A program made the translations under genes and the position numbers. A stretch of DNA of 64,000 bases from Penicillus capitatus (lineage: Eukaryota; Plantae; Chlorophyta), in assembly GCA_965649825.1 (NCBI GenBank), contig OZ287707.1, forward strand, positions 62,001 to 126,000, written 5' to 3'. The notes below the pieces were generated by a model. The model had not been told where the DNA came from, ran no database searches, and worked only from the letters and a program-made list of their open reading frames with translations. Shown one piece after another: positions 10,670-22,883 of this stretch (the first letter of the stretch is position 1; the number at the start of each line of letters is the position of its first letter).

Positions 10670-11302
10670 TCAGCGCTCTCCTCGCAGCTGAAGAGCTTCC
10701 AGAGGAACAAAGAAAGCTTTCTGGTCTGCGTTGCATGGCAGGAAGAAAGCATGGCCGGAGATCAATTTCACCTCTCTGTCCGGTTCGGCCGAAAAAATGT
10801 ACCCCTTCCGAATACTGCATGGCATCATCAACATGTTTCCACTTGGCCATGGAGATTCGGCAGTCAAAGTCTCAGGAGTCGGGTACAACTCACTACAACA
10901 GTAGTAGTGCTTGAGGTAGAGAAGAGAGAAGGCGTTGCGCTTACGGGTGCCGTTTGGCCGAGCGCAATCTTTTCGGTGGCGGTAGATTTTTATTGTCGTC
11001 CGTTTCACTCAATTTCTACAAAAGCGTCACGTGTAACGACAGTTGCTGCTTGGCTCCGTTGCTCAAACCTTCTGCTTTTGACTCGGTGTGACGCGCCCTG
11101 CGGCGCATCTAACGTGGTGGCGCCCTCTTTCAAGAGTCTTGTTGCATTTCGGGCAAGCAGGCAATTCACTTCCATGACCTCTTTCGCGTCCAGACCCGCG
11201 AATATCTGGATCGGCTCGATAATGAACTTTCAGGCGCCACAAATCAATAAAGGAACGGTTGCACCCAGGATAGGGGCAAAAGAATCTGTCACTGCTGTCC
11301 AT
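10670..11302 (-). CDS. Small atypical zinc-finger protein (CPYPGC..H / CPKC..HH..C)
   Basis: FFCPYPGCNRSFIDLWRLKVHYRADPDIRGSGRERGHGSELPACPKCNKTLERGRHHVRC. Two GT-AG introns join it to the ORF ending at 10670. From memory it resembles chlorophyte ZYS1-type proteins; unverified. Confidence 0.7.
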
Positions 11303-11447
11303 AATTGCGTCGGCAAGGAAGACTCGCAGCTGCGAACTAAATACTCATACAGAGGGAATCTACAACCTACCATTACAATTTGTGCATGTTGTGTCATCTG
11401 TCGACAATCACAAACGGGCGTGCGAACACCGTTCAGTCCTCGGGACG

Positions 11448-14315
11448 ATGCTGTCCTTACCAATCAATGTGTACAGCCAAACGATCTTGGACACTGTCGC
11501 CGAAAATAATGTCGTGGTTGTCATTGGAGAGGCAGGTTCCGGGAAAACGACGCAAATACCTCAAGTCATTTTCCGTTCCAGTCATGAGCGTACGGTTCTG
11601 AGTTTTGCTTTCAGATACTGCTGAAGGCTGGATACGGAGATAAGGGATGGATTGGAGTGACGCAGCCACGACGAGTGGTACGTTGCCAATTGGGATGCTC
11701 GAACGAAGAATGGGATGTTGTTACTGTTGGGTAGGCTGCAATCAGTGCAGCACGTCGAGTGAGTTCTGAACTGAACACGTCTGTGGGGGAGAAGGTTGGC
11801 TACGTGGTACGTTTCGAAGAGAAGACATCGCGAGCCACGATCATCAAGTACCTAACAGGCACACGCATCTCCGAATAATCGAGCATCCTCAAGCGATAGC
11901 TGTGTTGTGCAGATGGCACACTCTTAAGAGAATGTCTCTCGGATTTCATGTTTGAGAAATACTCGGTGCGTTGAGCGACATCCGACAATATGCTTGGACA
12001 GTCGCATGACGAAGGTCTTGATGTTGGACGAGGCACACGAACGCAGTCTCAACACCGATGTGCTGTTCGGCGTCGTGCGAAGTATTGTTGCAAAACGGTA
12101 GATCCTTCTTGTGTATCGCATAACGGAGGATGTCCTCTGTGCTCTACGGCAGACCAGAGTTGCGCGTTCTGATCACATCAGCAACGTTAGACAGTGTCAA
12201 GTTCTCTGAGTATTTTGACAAGTGCCCTGTACGTTACCCTGGTTATGCAAATAAACGAGGCATGGAGGTCTCGCTGATTGGAGGTGATCAACGTCGAGGG
12301 ATCTTGTTTCCCTGTGAAGATTGTGCATTCCAAAGAGAACCATTTGCAGCACTACGTTCAGGCAGCCATTGATGTTGTTCTAGACATCCACTGTCACAAA
12401 CCTGAAGGTACATGTACTGCAAGAGAATATTCTCTCCATGCTCGATTTTTCTAGGCGACATTTTGCTGTTCCTGACGGGACAAGCAGAGATCTGCAAGAC
12501 CGTCGAGAAACTGACCAAGGCCGTTGAAGAAATGCCGGATGATACATGCATGCCGTTACAAGCAAGAAGATCAGTCCTTTATTGGTGTTACAGATGAGCT
12601 TAGATTTCAGGTCCTGCCTCTCTATGCTGCTCTACCCCTGAAGAAACAAAGCCTGGTCTTCTCGCCGACACCTGAGGGTTGTCGAAGATGTGTCGTTGCA
12701 ACGAATGTCGCAGAGACCTCCATCACAGGTAGACTTCGAGTTGATATCCAGAGAACATAGATCAGCAGAGGTCGTTGTAGTGGATGGAATTGTCTACGTC
12801 ATAGATCCAGGAACAGTCAAACAGAAAATCTACAACAGCCATAGCTGTATGGATAGTCTTCAGGTCGTCTCCATCTCACACGTCCAAGCAAAGCAGAGAG
12901 CAGGACGAGCGGGTCGAACTCGTGAGGGGATGTGCTATCGATTGTACTCCAAGGAGTTTTACGACAAAGACATGCGAGATATCAGTCTGCCAGAAATCCA
13001 ACGAACGTCGCTTGTGTCCACGGTCCTTTATCTCAAATCGCTGGAGATGGACATCGACGTCCTCAACTTCGAATTCCTAGACAAGCCTGATGTACCCGTA
13101 TCTAAATTCCTCACACACAAAGTGCATTTTGTTGGCTGTTTAGAAAGCACAGTTGGAGGATGCCCTGCGTCAGTTGTTTGTCTTGGATGCCATTGATGAA
13201 GATGGACATATGACAACGCTCGGCAAGAAAATGGCAAAGTTCCCATTGGATCCGTCCCTGTCACGGGCTTTGATTGCTGCTGCCGAAAACCGGTTTGCCT
13301 GTTCCCCGTTCAGAACGTGTCCACAGACGTTGTTTGGCAACAGGTGTGAAGCAGAGCTTCTGACAATTGCATCGATGCTATCCGTGGAGAATATTTTTGA
13401 AGATTCGCAGACCATTCGCAAACTAAGGGAAGACAGATCCAATTCCTTTGTGGTACATGTCTGCAATGAAGGCATGGGTGATCACTTTGCCTTGCTAAAA
13501 ATCTATGATCAATGGATGCACACGCACTATTCTAAACGTCTGTCCTTACCCTTGGAATCGAATGCGCTTTCCATCTGTGTTTGTTTTTCAGAGTGGTGTG
13601 AGCAACAGGGATTGGATTATCGCAGCATGAAATCGGCAAGAGACATTCACCGCCAGCTCTCTCACATGGTCGAGGGATATGAGTCAGAGTTCGACAGTGA
13701 GGACGAGGTGCAAGTGACCAAGATGGAAGAACTGCGTCGGGAAAGAGGTCGTTTTCGGCGCATGTCCGATCATGAGAAGCATCACTTCTATCTGACCAAG
13801 CTATCCAGTCTCAAACGTGTCCTCACCCTCGGCTTTGCCAACAGGTCCCTCTATCCCTGATCACACATGGTGGATGTATGCTTACGAGAGAAGGTCTTTT
13901 CAGGATTGCCCATCGCATGTCTATGCATAATGGATACCGCCCCCTCAATCCAAATGCTCCTCTCTGTGAGCTGCACCCTTCCTGTTCTCGACTCAAGCCA
14001 GACGAGGATGGTCTTCTGCCAGAGTGGATCGTGTATCACGAGATCATTGAGACATCTCGTCCCTTTCTGACAAAGGTCTGCCCTGTCAGTGGACATCTCA
14101 TCGAGGGCGTTCTTAAAAAACTCCGAAATGTCGATGTTCACCGCCTCAGCGGAGGACGTTTTGGAAGAGAACCCCGTCTCGTGATCAGCAATGCGCCAGG
14201 ACAAGAGACAGAACCGCCTGTGCGGTTGGATGTCGGGGAGAAACGTCGTCATGATGAGACATCGATCAAGGCTGCGCGAGAACGATTTCTAAAACGCAAG
14301 TCGCAGCGCATGTAA
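11448..14315 (+). CDS. DEAH-box RNA helicase (DEAH4/DHX40/PRP22-like), many introns
   Basis: [21 protein letters not shown]|[38 protein letters not shown]2/OB fold, C-terminal [10 protein letters not shown]. Confidence 0.92.
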
Positions 14316-14410
14316 CGTCGCGTCACTGAGGTGACCCGTCCATGTGTGTGTACGTTCGTTCGCCTACTTGAGTCCACTCAGTTCTCCGTCGCGAGGTATT
14401 GACCGTCTGG

Positions 14411-15871
14411 ATGTCGCGTTATCCTCCTCGTCGCATTTCTCTCCTTGTGCGGAACTTGCCACTCGATGCACGGTGACGCGTTCCTTTCCGCCAGAGTCCC
14501 ATCGATGACAGACTGGGTACGGTGTGGCTGCAGTCCAGACGAGTTGCGGACGATGTTCGAGCGCTATGGCGAAGTGCGCGACGTCTACTTGCCACGGGAT
14601 TTCTACACAGAGTAAGGATCATGGATTACGTCGTCGCCATGCCTTTCACGTGTGTACGTTCACTCGCCCGTCAGCTGGCTTTGTCGAAGAGCCCGTTGAT
14701 TTTGACGTCGTCACCTATCTGTTTTTATCTTCACGAACATCATTCGCTCGTTTCTCAACTACCTCTTTTGGTGCCAGCGAATTTGACTGGTGTTGACCAG
14801 ACCAGACAAGACTAGATAGCACAAGATTTCCAGTCTCCCTTGTCCAGAGTCCTTCTTTTTTGAGATGGCCAAGTTTAAAGAAGAACGAAGCCACACACGT
14901 GCGTTAAAGATAGAGTTTTAGAGATACAAGATTTTGATCAAGACCGCCTCCAGCGCCTAAATGACGTTCCTCGATTTATCACACGTGGCTGTTGTGCAGT
15001 CGACCTCGTGGATTTGGTTTTGTGGAGTTTCTCGATGGACGCGATGCCGAAGAAGCCATGTACCATCTTGATGGGGTCAGTTACGGAGGACGAGACATCT
15101 CGGTATGCCCACCCATGACGATCTGGGGCAACTAGTTCTGATGCTGGATGGTGTTGCAGGTGGTCATGTCGAAGGAATCGCGCAAAACACCGAGCGAGAT
15201 GTACAGCAAGGACAAATATCGTGGAAGTGTGTCCAGACATACCTTTGTCAGGAGAAATGAAGAAGTGATGTGACAGGTGGCAGAAGACGTTATCGTTCGC
15301 CTGGGCGTCGTCGCAGCTACTCTCGCTCTCAGTCTCCCCGTCGACACCGTTATCGATCCCGCTCACGTTCCCGGGGATATTCATCTCGATACTATGATCG
15401 TCGTTCCAGATCTCCTATGAATCGCGCCAACAAATACTATCGCCGTTCTGGTTCTCCTGCACGTCATGGACGACGCGATGAATCTCCCTACAGCGAAGAA
15501 AGACGCTACAAGTCTGGAAAGGAAGATGAACGCCGCCATCGGGATTCCAGATCACCTGCACAGGATCGCTCTGGTCGTCGAACGAACGATTCCAAGTCTC
15601 CACGCAGCGACGACAAAGCCAGTGGCTATTCAAGCTCTCCTCGGTGACAACCTTTCTCTCTCTGTCCACCACTCACTATGCTTTTAGCTTTAGGTCGCGT
15701 ACACACAGCCCTGACGATGTGAAGAGAGAGACATCGAATGGAGCTGGAGATAAACGTATGGTGGATGAGCACCCTGATGGTGAAAACAAGAGTTCCTTGT
15801 CGCCACAAAGTGGTCGACATGATAACGATGAGATGTTCCACCCGACGCCATCGCAAGGTCAAGATTATTAG
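14411..15871 (+). CDS. SR splicing factor, SC35-like (SCL) RRM plus RS domain
   Basis: SLLVRNLP..R|PDELRTMFERYGEVRDVYLPRDFYT|DRPRGFGFVEF..DAEEAM followed by RS/SP repeats. Retention of the last intron gives a stop at 15647. Confidence 0.9.
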
Positions 15872-15997
15872 AAGCTGCGCATTTGAAGTCAATGTATGCC
15901 GCGAGCATTAAAGATCGGGATATGAGATAATTGAGTGCATTTTTAAGTGCAGCCGCCGCGACGTGAAGAAATCGCATCTGTCGACGACGCAGCGGCC

Positions 15998-16838
15998 ATG
16001 GCGGAACGCTCTTATACAAACCAGGTTTGGATCGCACCCTCTTCTCTGTGATGGCGGTTCTGATGCCGTACGAGAATGGCGTACCAGGCCGTCCAGACCT
16101 TCGGCCGTAAAGTACGTCGACCGACGTGGGTCGCCCGACGTCGTCGTCTAAGACTGATGATCTAGAAAACGGCAGTGGCGGTGGCCCATTGCAAACGAGG
16201 AAATGGCCTATTGAAGTTAAACGGTGTCCAAATAGACCGTGCCACCCGGAGCGTCGAATGCGATCCCCTGTGTTTTCTCAGGCGTTCCACTGGAATTGGT
16301 GGAGCCAGATACCCTGCGCTACAAAGTAATGGAACCCATACTCCTCCTTGGGAAACAGCGTTTTTCCGAGGTGATCGAATGGCTACTATTTCATGGTGTT
16401 TAGCCAATTGCCCGTTTGTCTGTCTACTAGGTTGACATCCGACTTCGAGTGAAAGGCGGCGGCCAAGTGTCTCAGATCTACGGTACGCTTGTTACTTTCC
16501 AAATTTTGACTGTCCAACGAGATATTGTTAACGCAGCCATCCGTCAAGCCGTTGCCAAAGCATTGGTGGCCTTCTATCAGAAATGTATGCGCCTCTCTGT
16601 TTATCGATATATGATCTGTCGGATGCATTGAATGTCGTGCAGTCGTGGACGAAGCAGCGAAAACGGAGATCAAGGACATCTTGCTGCAGCACGATCGATC
16701 TCTGTTGGTCGCAGACCAGCGAAGATGCGAACCCAAAAAGTACGCCGCCACACAGAAATTTCTCCCATACACAAATCAATGGCTTACAGGTTTGGCGGTA
16801 AGGGTGCACGTGCGCGTTTCCAAAAGTCTTATCGGTAG
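15998..16838 (+). CDS. RPS16: 40S ribosomal protein S16 (uS9), 8 exons
   Basis: AVQTFGRK|[36 protein letters not shown]|[23 protein letters not shown]|[15 protein letters not shown](TAG 16836-16838). Confidence 0.95.
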
Positions 16839-17278
16839 AGACACACACACTGTTTACGTCATCCTTCATGACAATCCTCGTCGGGTTTAAACAGACAGGC
16901 AACTTGAAAGGACGATTATGCCGTGTCACATCCAGACTTGAAATTGCGTAACTGCTAGTACATAATAAACATCGTATCGGATAAATGGCAAGGCGTGATC
17001 GTGACGAGATGAGCTCAAAACAAATCGATACTTATCCATGTCACTCTTCGTCTGGCTGGAGAGGTCTCTCAATCGAAACGGTTCTCGCCAACGGCACACT
17101 CTGGCCATCTCTTTGCAGCATGTGTCTTTCGCTGATGGGGAAGAGCGTCAGAGATCGACGCTCGTGCAACGACTTCCCATCATCGATCATCGGCATATGG
17201 AGGTCCTAGACAAAAAAGATAATGAAGTCCCACATAAGAAAAAGAAACGCGTTCGAGCATTCAAACAGATGCATGCAT

Positions 17279-20200
17279 TTAATAGAGCTGCTTGGCAGCT
17301 TCATTGTCGTCAAGGAGCAGTTCTGCTCCTTCTGTGAGGATTGGGAGTTGAGGGGTCTGCGAAGTTTTAGGAGAAATAAGCGGTTCACGTACCCCTTCAG
17401 GTGCGGTACCCTTCTCCTGAAGGGCTTCGATGGGCAGGAATGGCAAGCCTTGTGGTCTCAGCACATCTACAAAGCATGCATCTCTTTATGCATTCCTGAA
17501 TAAACCTCGTGGCATTGTACCTCCAGCCTGGCCCAACAGCCCAGAATTCACCTTTTCGCCCAGGACCAGTTTTGCATTCTCCTTCATGACATCCTTACGC
17601 GTCAGTAATCCAACCACTTTGGGCTCTGCAGGAATGACAAAGAGGTGACGCAGTCCCATGGCACGGAAGAGATGGTAGGCACGGGTCAGACTGAAACATC
17701 ACGTGTCCAGTTACTGTTCCTTTCGTACACAGATACGCTAACCTGGCATTAGAATGGATGCAAAATGGGTGGCGTTGCATGAACGGTCTCAGGTCCATAT
17801 AGCATTCTTCTAGATCCGTTTTGGACAGTGAGTTCAGAATGGGCTCCTGGTCGGCCTTGGCTCTGATCTTCAGCGGAACTTGCTCCAGGAGCTGCAGACA
17901 TTCCTGACGCTCGGCCTGTGTGTCGGGCACCAGCAATGCAGGATCGGAGCTTTCGGGATGACCACCCAAGAACTCGGACATGTGCAAGATCCCAATGCGT
18001 CTCTGAATCATTCTCAGCAGATTGATCCGAGTCACCAATCCCTGTAGACTGAAGGGTTCTGTATTCATCTCGCCCACATTGGCATCGATGGTGATAGGGA
18101 AGGCTCCATGCGTGGTGCTTTGCAGAATGTGCGCCAAGTCACAGAGCTTTACGACTGGGGGTAGACAGACCAGATCCTGAGTCATCATCTCTTTCACTTT
18201 GAGCTTGTCATGCACCATCTTCTGTGTGTAATCAAAATTGGGCTCCTCCAACATTGGCGCTCCACGGATTTCGATATGTGTGTCGTAGATTCCCAATCCA
18301 AAGGAATCGCCCACAGCCTTGGCAACCATGACAGAGACCATGATGGGTACGATGAGCTGTAAGGAACCAGTAGTTTCCATGACCAACACACAGATGGAGA
18401 TGGTCATCCTTGTTGAACCGCCCAAAGAAGCGGCAGCGCCCACAACAGCATAGGAAGACAGTGAGACATGTGTGCTGCTGCCAACGAGTCTGAGGAACTG
18501 ATGGACCAATCTTCCAGTCAACCGACCAAATGTTGCACCGACAGCCAGGGAGGGCACGAACAGTCCTGTTGCTGCTCCAATACCGTAGGACCAGATCATG
18601 AGGCAGTAGGAGAATGCAAAGAAGAGAATCAGCAATCCCACTTCGTACTGGAATATGGGGGAACCCATTGGCACAGATTCGCCGAGATGAATGATCAGGC
18701 GCAGAGCTTGAGAAAGAGGGACAAAGAAGAGCTGACCGAAGACACTGTACTTTCCCTCATCACAGTAGAGCTGAGGAAAGTGTTCAATTTTTCCGCCGCC
18801 TCCAAAAAAGCTGCTTTCTTTATTGGTTGCCTCTTCGGGGAAGACATGAGCTTCCCTCTCATCGAGAGTGTTGCATGGAGAGAAGTAGCAGATGACAAAA
18901 GCCAGAGTGGCTGTCACGAACACCACAAACACCACTTCCACTGTTCTCTTCCAGGCTGTGCGGACAGGGACGTATCGGTGACGCAGACTGGTCATCTTCA
19001 CATTCAACCAGATAAACATGGCACCCAGCAATCCACATACAGCGCCCATTGCCATGAAGATGGGCATCTCCCATATGTAATAGTAATACGTCGATCCGTA
19101 TTTTGTTTCATCGTCACTGAAGAGACCAAAATCACGTTCATGGCCAAAGCGAGCAGAGTAGACAGCATTGTGGGGAGCATCCTGCAATTCCACCTAAAAA
19201 CAATGAATGCCTCGGTGAGATCGTATGCACGAAAGGGTGTGGACGTCGAACCAAGAAATGCAATGTCAGGACGCCCACACTCGTTGATAGAAATCCCCTC
19301 CACAGCACAGAGGTGCTGTAGAATGAAGCGCCTTCTTCGATGGTGAATAGCAATCCTCCGATCGGAGCAGCGAATGCCGTTGCCACACCTGCTGCCGTAC
19401 CAATGGCTGTGAAGTCTCTGTGATCTGCATCGTTTCTGAAATATCCCCCCACTCGACGATTGGTCTTGAATGTAACCCTGTCCTTGAAAAGAGTTGTCAG
19501 TGTTCTGGAGCCCATTCCGCCGAGGCCGCCGCCAACAATTCCACCTCCGTGTACAAAGGGACCCTCCTTTCCGGCGATGAGACCAGACGAAATCGAAAAC
19601 ATCACTCCGACGACTTTGGCGATGAACGTCTTCACCTGAAGAAGACCTCGAATGTGGACACCATTGAGGTATGTTTTGAGCTCTGGTATTCCGCTTCCGG
19701 CGGCCAGAGGCTGTAAAGCACACCCATCCAGTTTCAAAAGGGCAAGAAACGCATGAACCCCTGACCTCGATGTAAGAGACGAGGGATCCGGCGACAAGAC
19801 CCAATGCTAATGCGATGCCAACAAATGTAATGTAAGGTAGAAAAAAACCTCCGTGCTCTTCAATGACATGCCTTGTGGACTCGAACTTCATATCGTTTAG
19901 TTTCTGTCCAGTAGTCCAGTCTGTCATCACATGGAAACGAAAGAGAGAGCGTACCTCGATTCCCCAGTCTACTAAAAATGCAACGATTCCCATGACAACA
20001 CCAATGAGACCTGAAGACACGAACGACACGATCGATCCATACACAGATTCTAATGATCCAGAAGTAGATCACCCGAGATCACCCATTTCCACATCTCTCC
20101 TCGAACATAGTCCGATCGATTGCGATGCATGTTCACCTCTTGTTCGATATCATTGTCCTTGACACAAAGAAGCAGCAAATGAGGACCAGAAGGCGCTCAG

Positions 20201-20601
20201 AGGAATGGTATTACCACTGGATCGTAGTCCATACTTTCAAAACCGGCCATTCTCTGCAACCGCATCAACGTTTCTTGCGTTTCCTATGCGTCCAAAGGGA
20301 TGAGTCCATGACTGTCGGAAAATAAATGCCAACCTCGTAGCTGAGCGGTGCGCCATCTGCCGCGCCGTTTGCTTGCAGTGTTTGAGGCCATCCCACAACA
20401 AACTTCCTCACTTCATCCTCGGGAATGAGATTGTATCTACGAGCACACGACTTCGGTCAACGGAGGGCCTCTACGACTTCGACGGAGAGCGTTTCGAGCA
20501 TCGACACACTGTTCACGTTTCCGTGGCCTGTCGGAGGCTCAAATATCGATGACCAGTCCTTACCGGTTTACACCGCCACGGGAGTTAAAATCCTGCGGCA
20601 T
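17279..20601 (-). CDS. CLC: CLC chloride channel/antiporter with two CBS domains
   Basis: AAGSGIPELKTYLNG, GKEGPFVHGG, RDFTAIGTAAGVATAFAAPIGGLLF..EE, GLFVPSLAVGA, GGSTRMTIS, FRAMGLRHL. N-terminal and C-terminal exon boundaries are less certain. Confidence 0.93.
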
Positions 20602-20881
20602 TGTAATAAAAACAGAAGTTTAAACGCGTGTCGTCCGCCGCACAACCTGTCGTGCGTCCTACGTTGGCTAGCGCGTGATGTGACGTTGGCAACATAGGGA
20701 GGGAGGCAGGCAGGTTGTCCTAATCAGACAAGCGGTCGACATTTCCGATGTGGGTGAGTGAGCATGGAGAAGGCAGGGCAAGACAAAATCAGAGATGCCG
20801 AAAAGGCATTTGCATCCAATGTGATATCTTAACCTTTATAACTCCACTACAGGACAGTCAGATCACAGCTGGTACAATGAT

Positions 20882-22556
20882 TTAGGCAAATGGATTTCCC
20901 GATGTTTCATCAAATCCTGTTTGAGGGGGCGTTTGCATGAAAGGTTGCTGAAATGACGTGGCGCCAGGACGAGATAGGCTTGTATTGTTGACGGCTGGGT
21001 TCTGAAACAACGCGTGAGGTGTTGTCTGAATGGGCACGCCTGTCACACTATGGGCTTTGGCCCGCATGTCCATATCTAGATTCTGAAAGAGGGGGTTGTG
21101 CGACGTTTCATCTACTCTCTGAGAAACGTGAGATACCATCGAATCTTGTTTCTGCATATAGGCAAACCCCTGTTGCGGAGCCCATTGAGGAGGAGGAGCA
21201 GCATTGGATCGGAAAGAACTGAATGCTCCCAGAGATGCACGCGCCGTCTGGGCATTGAATCCATAAGGTTGTGGCGTTGCAGGCTGAAATGCTCCTCCCT
21301 GCTGATAAGCCCCTCCACCAAACGCACTCACTCCAGCGAATGGTGGCTGCTGGACAGGCTGATAGACGTGAGGATCTGGCTGAGCAAATCCTCCTGTCGG
21401 ATGTGGTTGGGGAGGCGGAGAGGGAGATGTTCCAACAGAAAACCATTCTTCTGGCAGGGGATCCATAACAGGGGCTTTCGATTTGGCTGTCCCGTTAGCA
21501 GGTGTCTGTGCCTCTGTTGGTTTTTCCATAGATCCAGCTCCTCCTGTCGTTGTTGCGTCGACAGGTTTTGTCTCAAATTGACTCCAGCCTGTTTGTACTT
21601 GTTGTGTCGGTGGCTGCTGTACTGTCTCATTGACATCCTCTGAAAAAGCTTCCCATACAGGTGCTTGTGCTTGTGGTTGTTTTAATTGCTGTTGCGATGG
21701 CGCAAACGGATCTGTCGCCCCCGCCGCATGGATGGATTTTGGCGAAGCATGGACTGGAGATCCCGGAGCGAATGGATCAAACGGCTGCGTCTGAGTCTTC
21801 GCAACAGCGACCGCAGGAAATTCTGCCCAGTCACCGCCAGTAGCTCCACCAGATTGTCCAGTACTCGTGGGCTTGCTGCCGGAATCCGAAAACGCTTTCC
21901 ACGAATCATCTGCATTCAGGGATCGTGCAGATTGCTGTTTCTGAAGGATTGTTCGAGCAGGCATGACAGCTGGTTTTGCCTCCTCTGTCGGCTTATTCTC
22001 TTCTGGTGTCTCAGAATAGAACACCTTATCCACCAGCACTTGTTTTATGAATTCCTCTACTCTCTTCGGATTCTTGTCGGTTGGGGATGGAAACATATTC
22101 GCATTCCGCTTTGCTAAATACGTTCGGAAGAATACCTAGACAGAGTTAGCTGCAGTTAGACCACCATCAGGTGGAAGGTCTCGTCAAAACGGACCGCGTT
22201 GCCTCCTTCTTTCATCTGTTGAACTTCTGCTGTGCTGTACGTAGCCATACTCCTAGACTTCACTCGAAATCCTGGAAAACGATAACTGCACAAACAAACC
22301 AGGCATGGTCTATCGATGAAATCGAATGGAATTCATATTGACGCACATAGCTCCGGCGCATGTTGAACAGATAAAGATGCTTGGTGGTTGGCATGTGTAC
22401 TGCGTTCCCTGTTTACGGAGCTGTATGAGAAAGTGATAGTTCGCAAGTCAGGAGGCATACCATGCATGTGCATATTGCACATCTCTTGTTTTCCGACAAA
22501 CGCGCCAACTCTTTCAAGAGTTTCTCGTTTTTCGCTTGCTGAATCTTGGAAGTCAT
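20882..22556 (-). CDS. ArfGAP-domain protein, AGFG/AGD14-like, with low-complexity tail ending GNPFA
   Basis: Spliced CAIC-x16-CSTC zinc finger, FRVKSRSMATYS..MKEGGNA, then EEFIKQVLVDKVF. Confidence 0.8.
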
Positions 22557-22883
22557 CTCGAACTACAGAATGCGCCCGAGAGCAATGCCCAAAGACAACG
22601 CAGAATAAGAGCGTCTGTAAAAATGAACAGCGATAAGACGAAGCCGCGTCGTATGATGAATAAACAAAGCGCCGTAAACAATTCCAAGAGCCAGCCGAGC
22701 GAAATGAGTTGATAGTTAGGTAATGAATTCGTTGGAGCGATATCATCATTCCGGATAAGGGGTGGCTCGTCTTACGCGATGCATGACAAACGCAAAGAAA
22801 CCCCGTCCATCTAGGTAACATGGTGTACACCTATCTCACGCACGGCTTGAAAATTAGGTCACTCAATAATGCCAAAACTATGT

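Noticed and set aside
10640-11509. 289-aa plus-strand ORF
   Set aside because: Antisense shadow of the zinc-finger gene; no motif.
15270-15647. RS/SP repeats here and Pro-rich repeats in SEC31 and ATXN2 as DNA repeat elements
   Set aside because: They are low-complexity protein-coding regions expected for these families.
16048-16063. GTGATGG..CTGA in RPS16 intron 1 as a snoRNA
   Set aside because: The boxes are only 5 nt apart and the intron is about 63 nt, leaving no room for a guide.
21019-22117. Several plus-strand ORFs over the ArfGAP tail
   Set aside because: Shadows of a stop-poor low-complexity exon.
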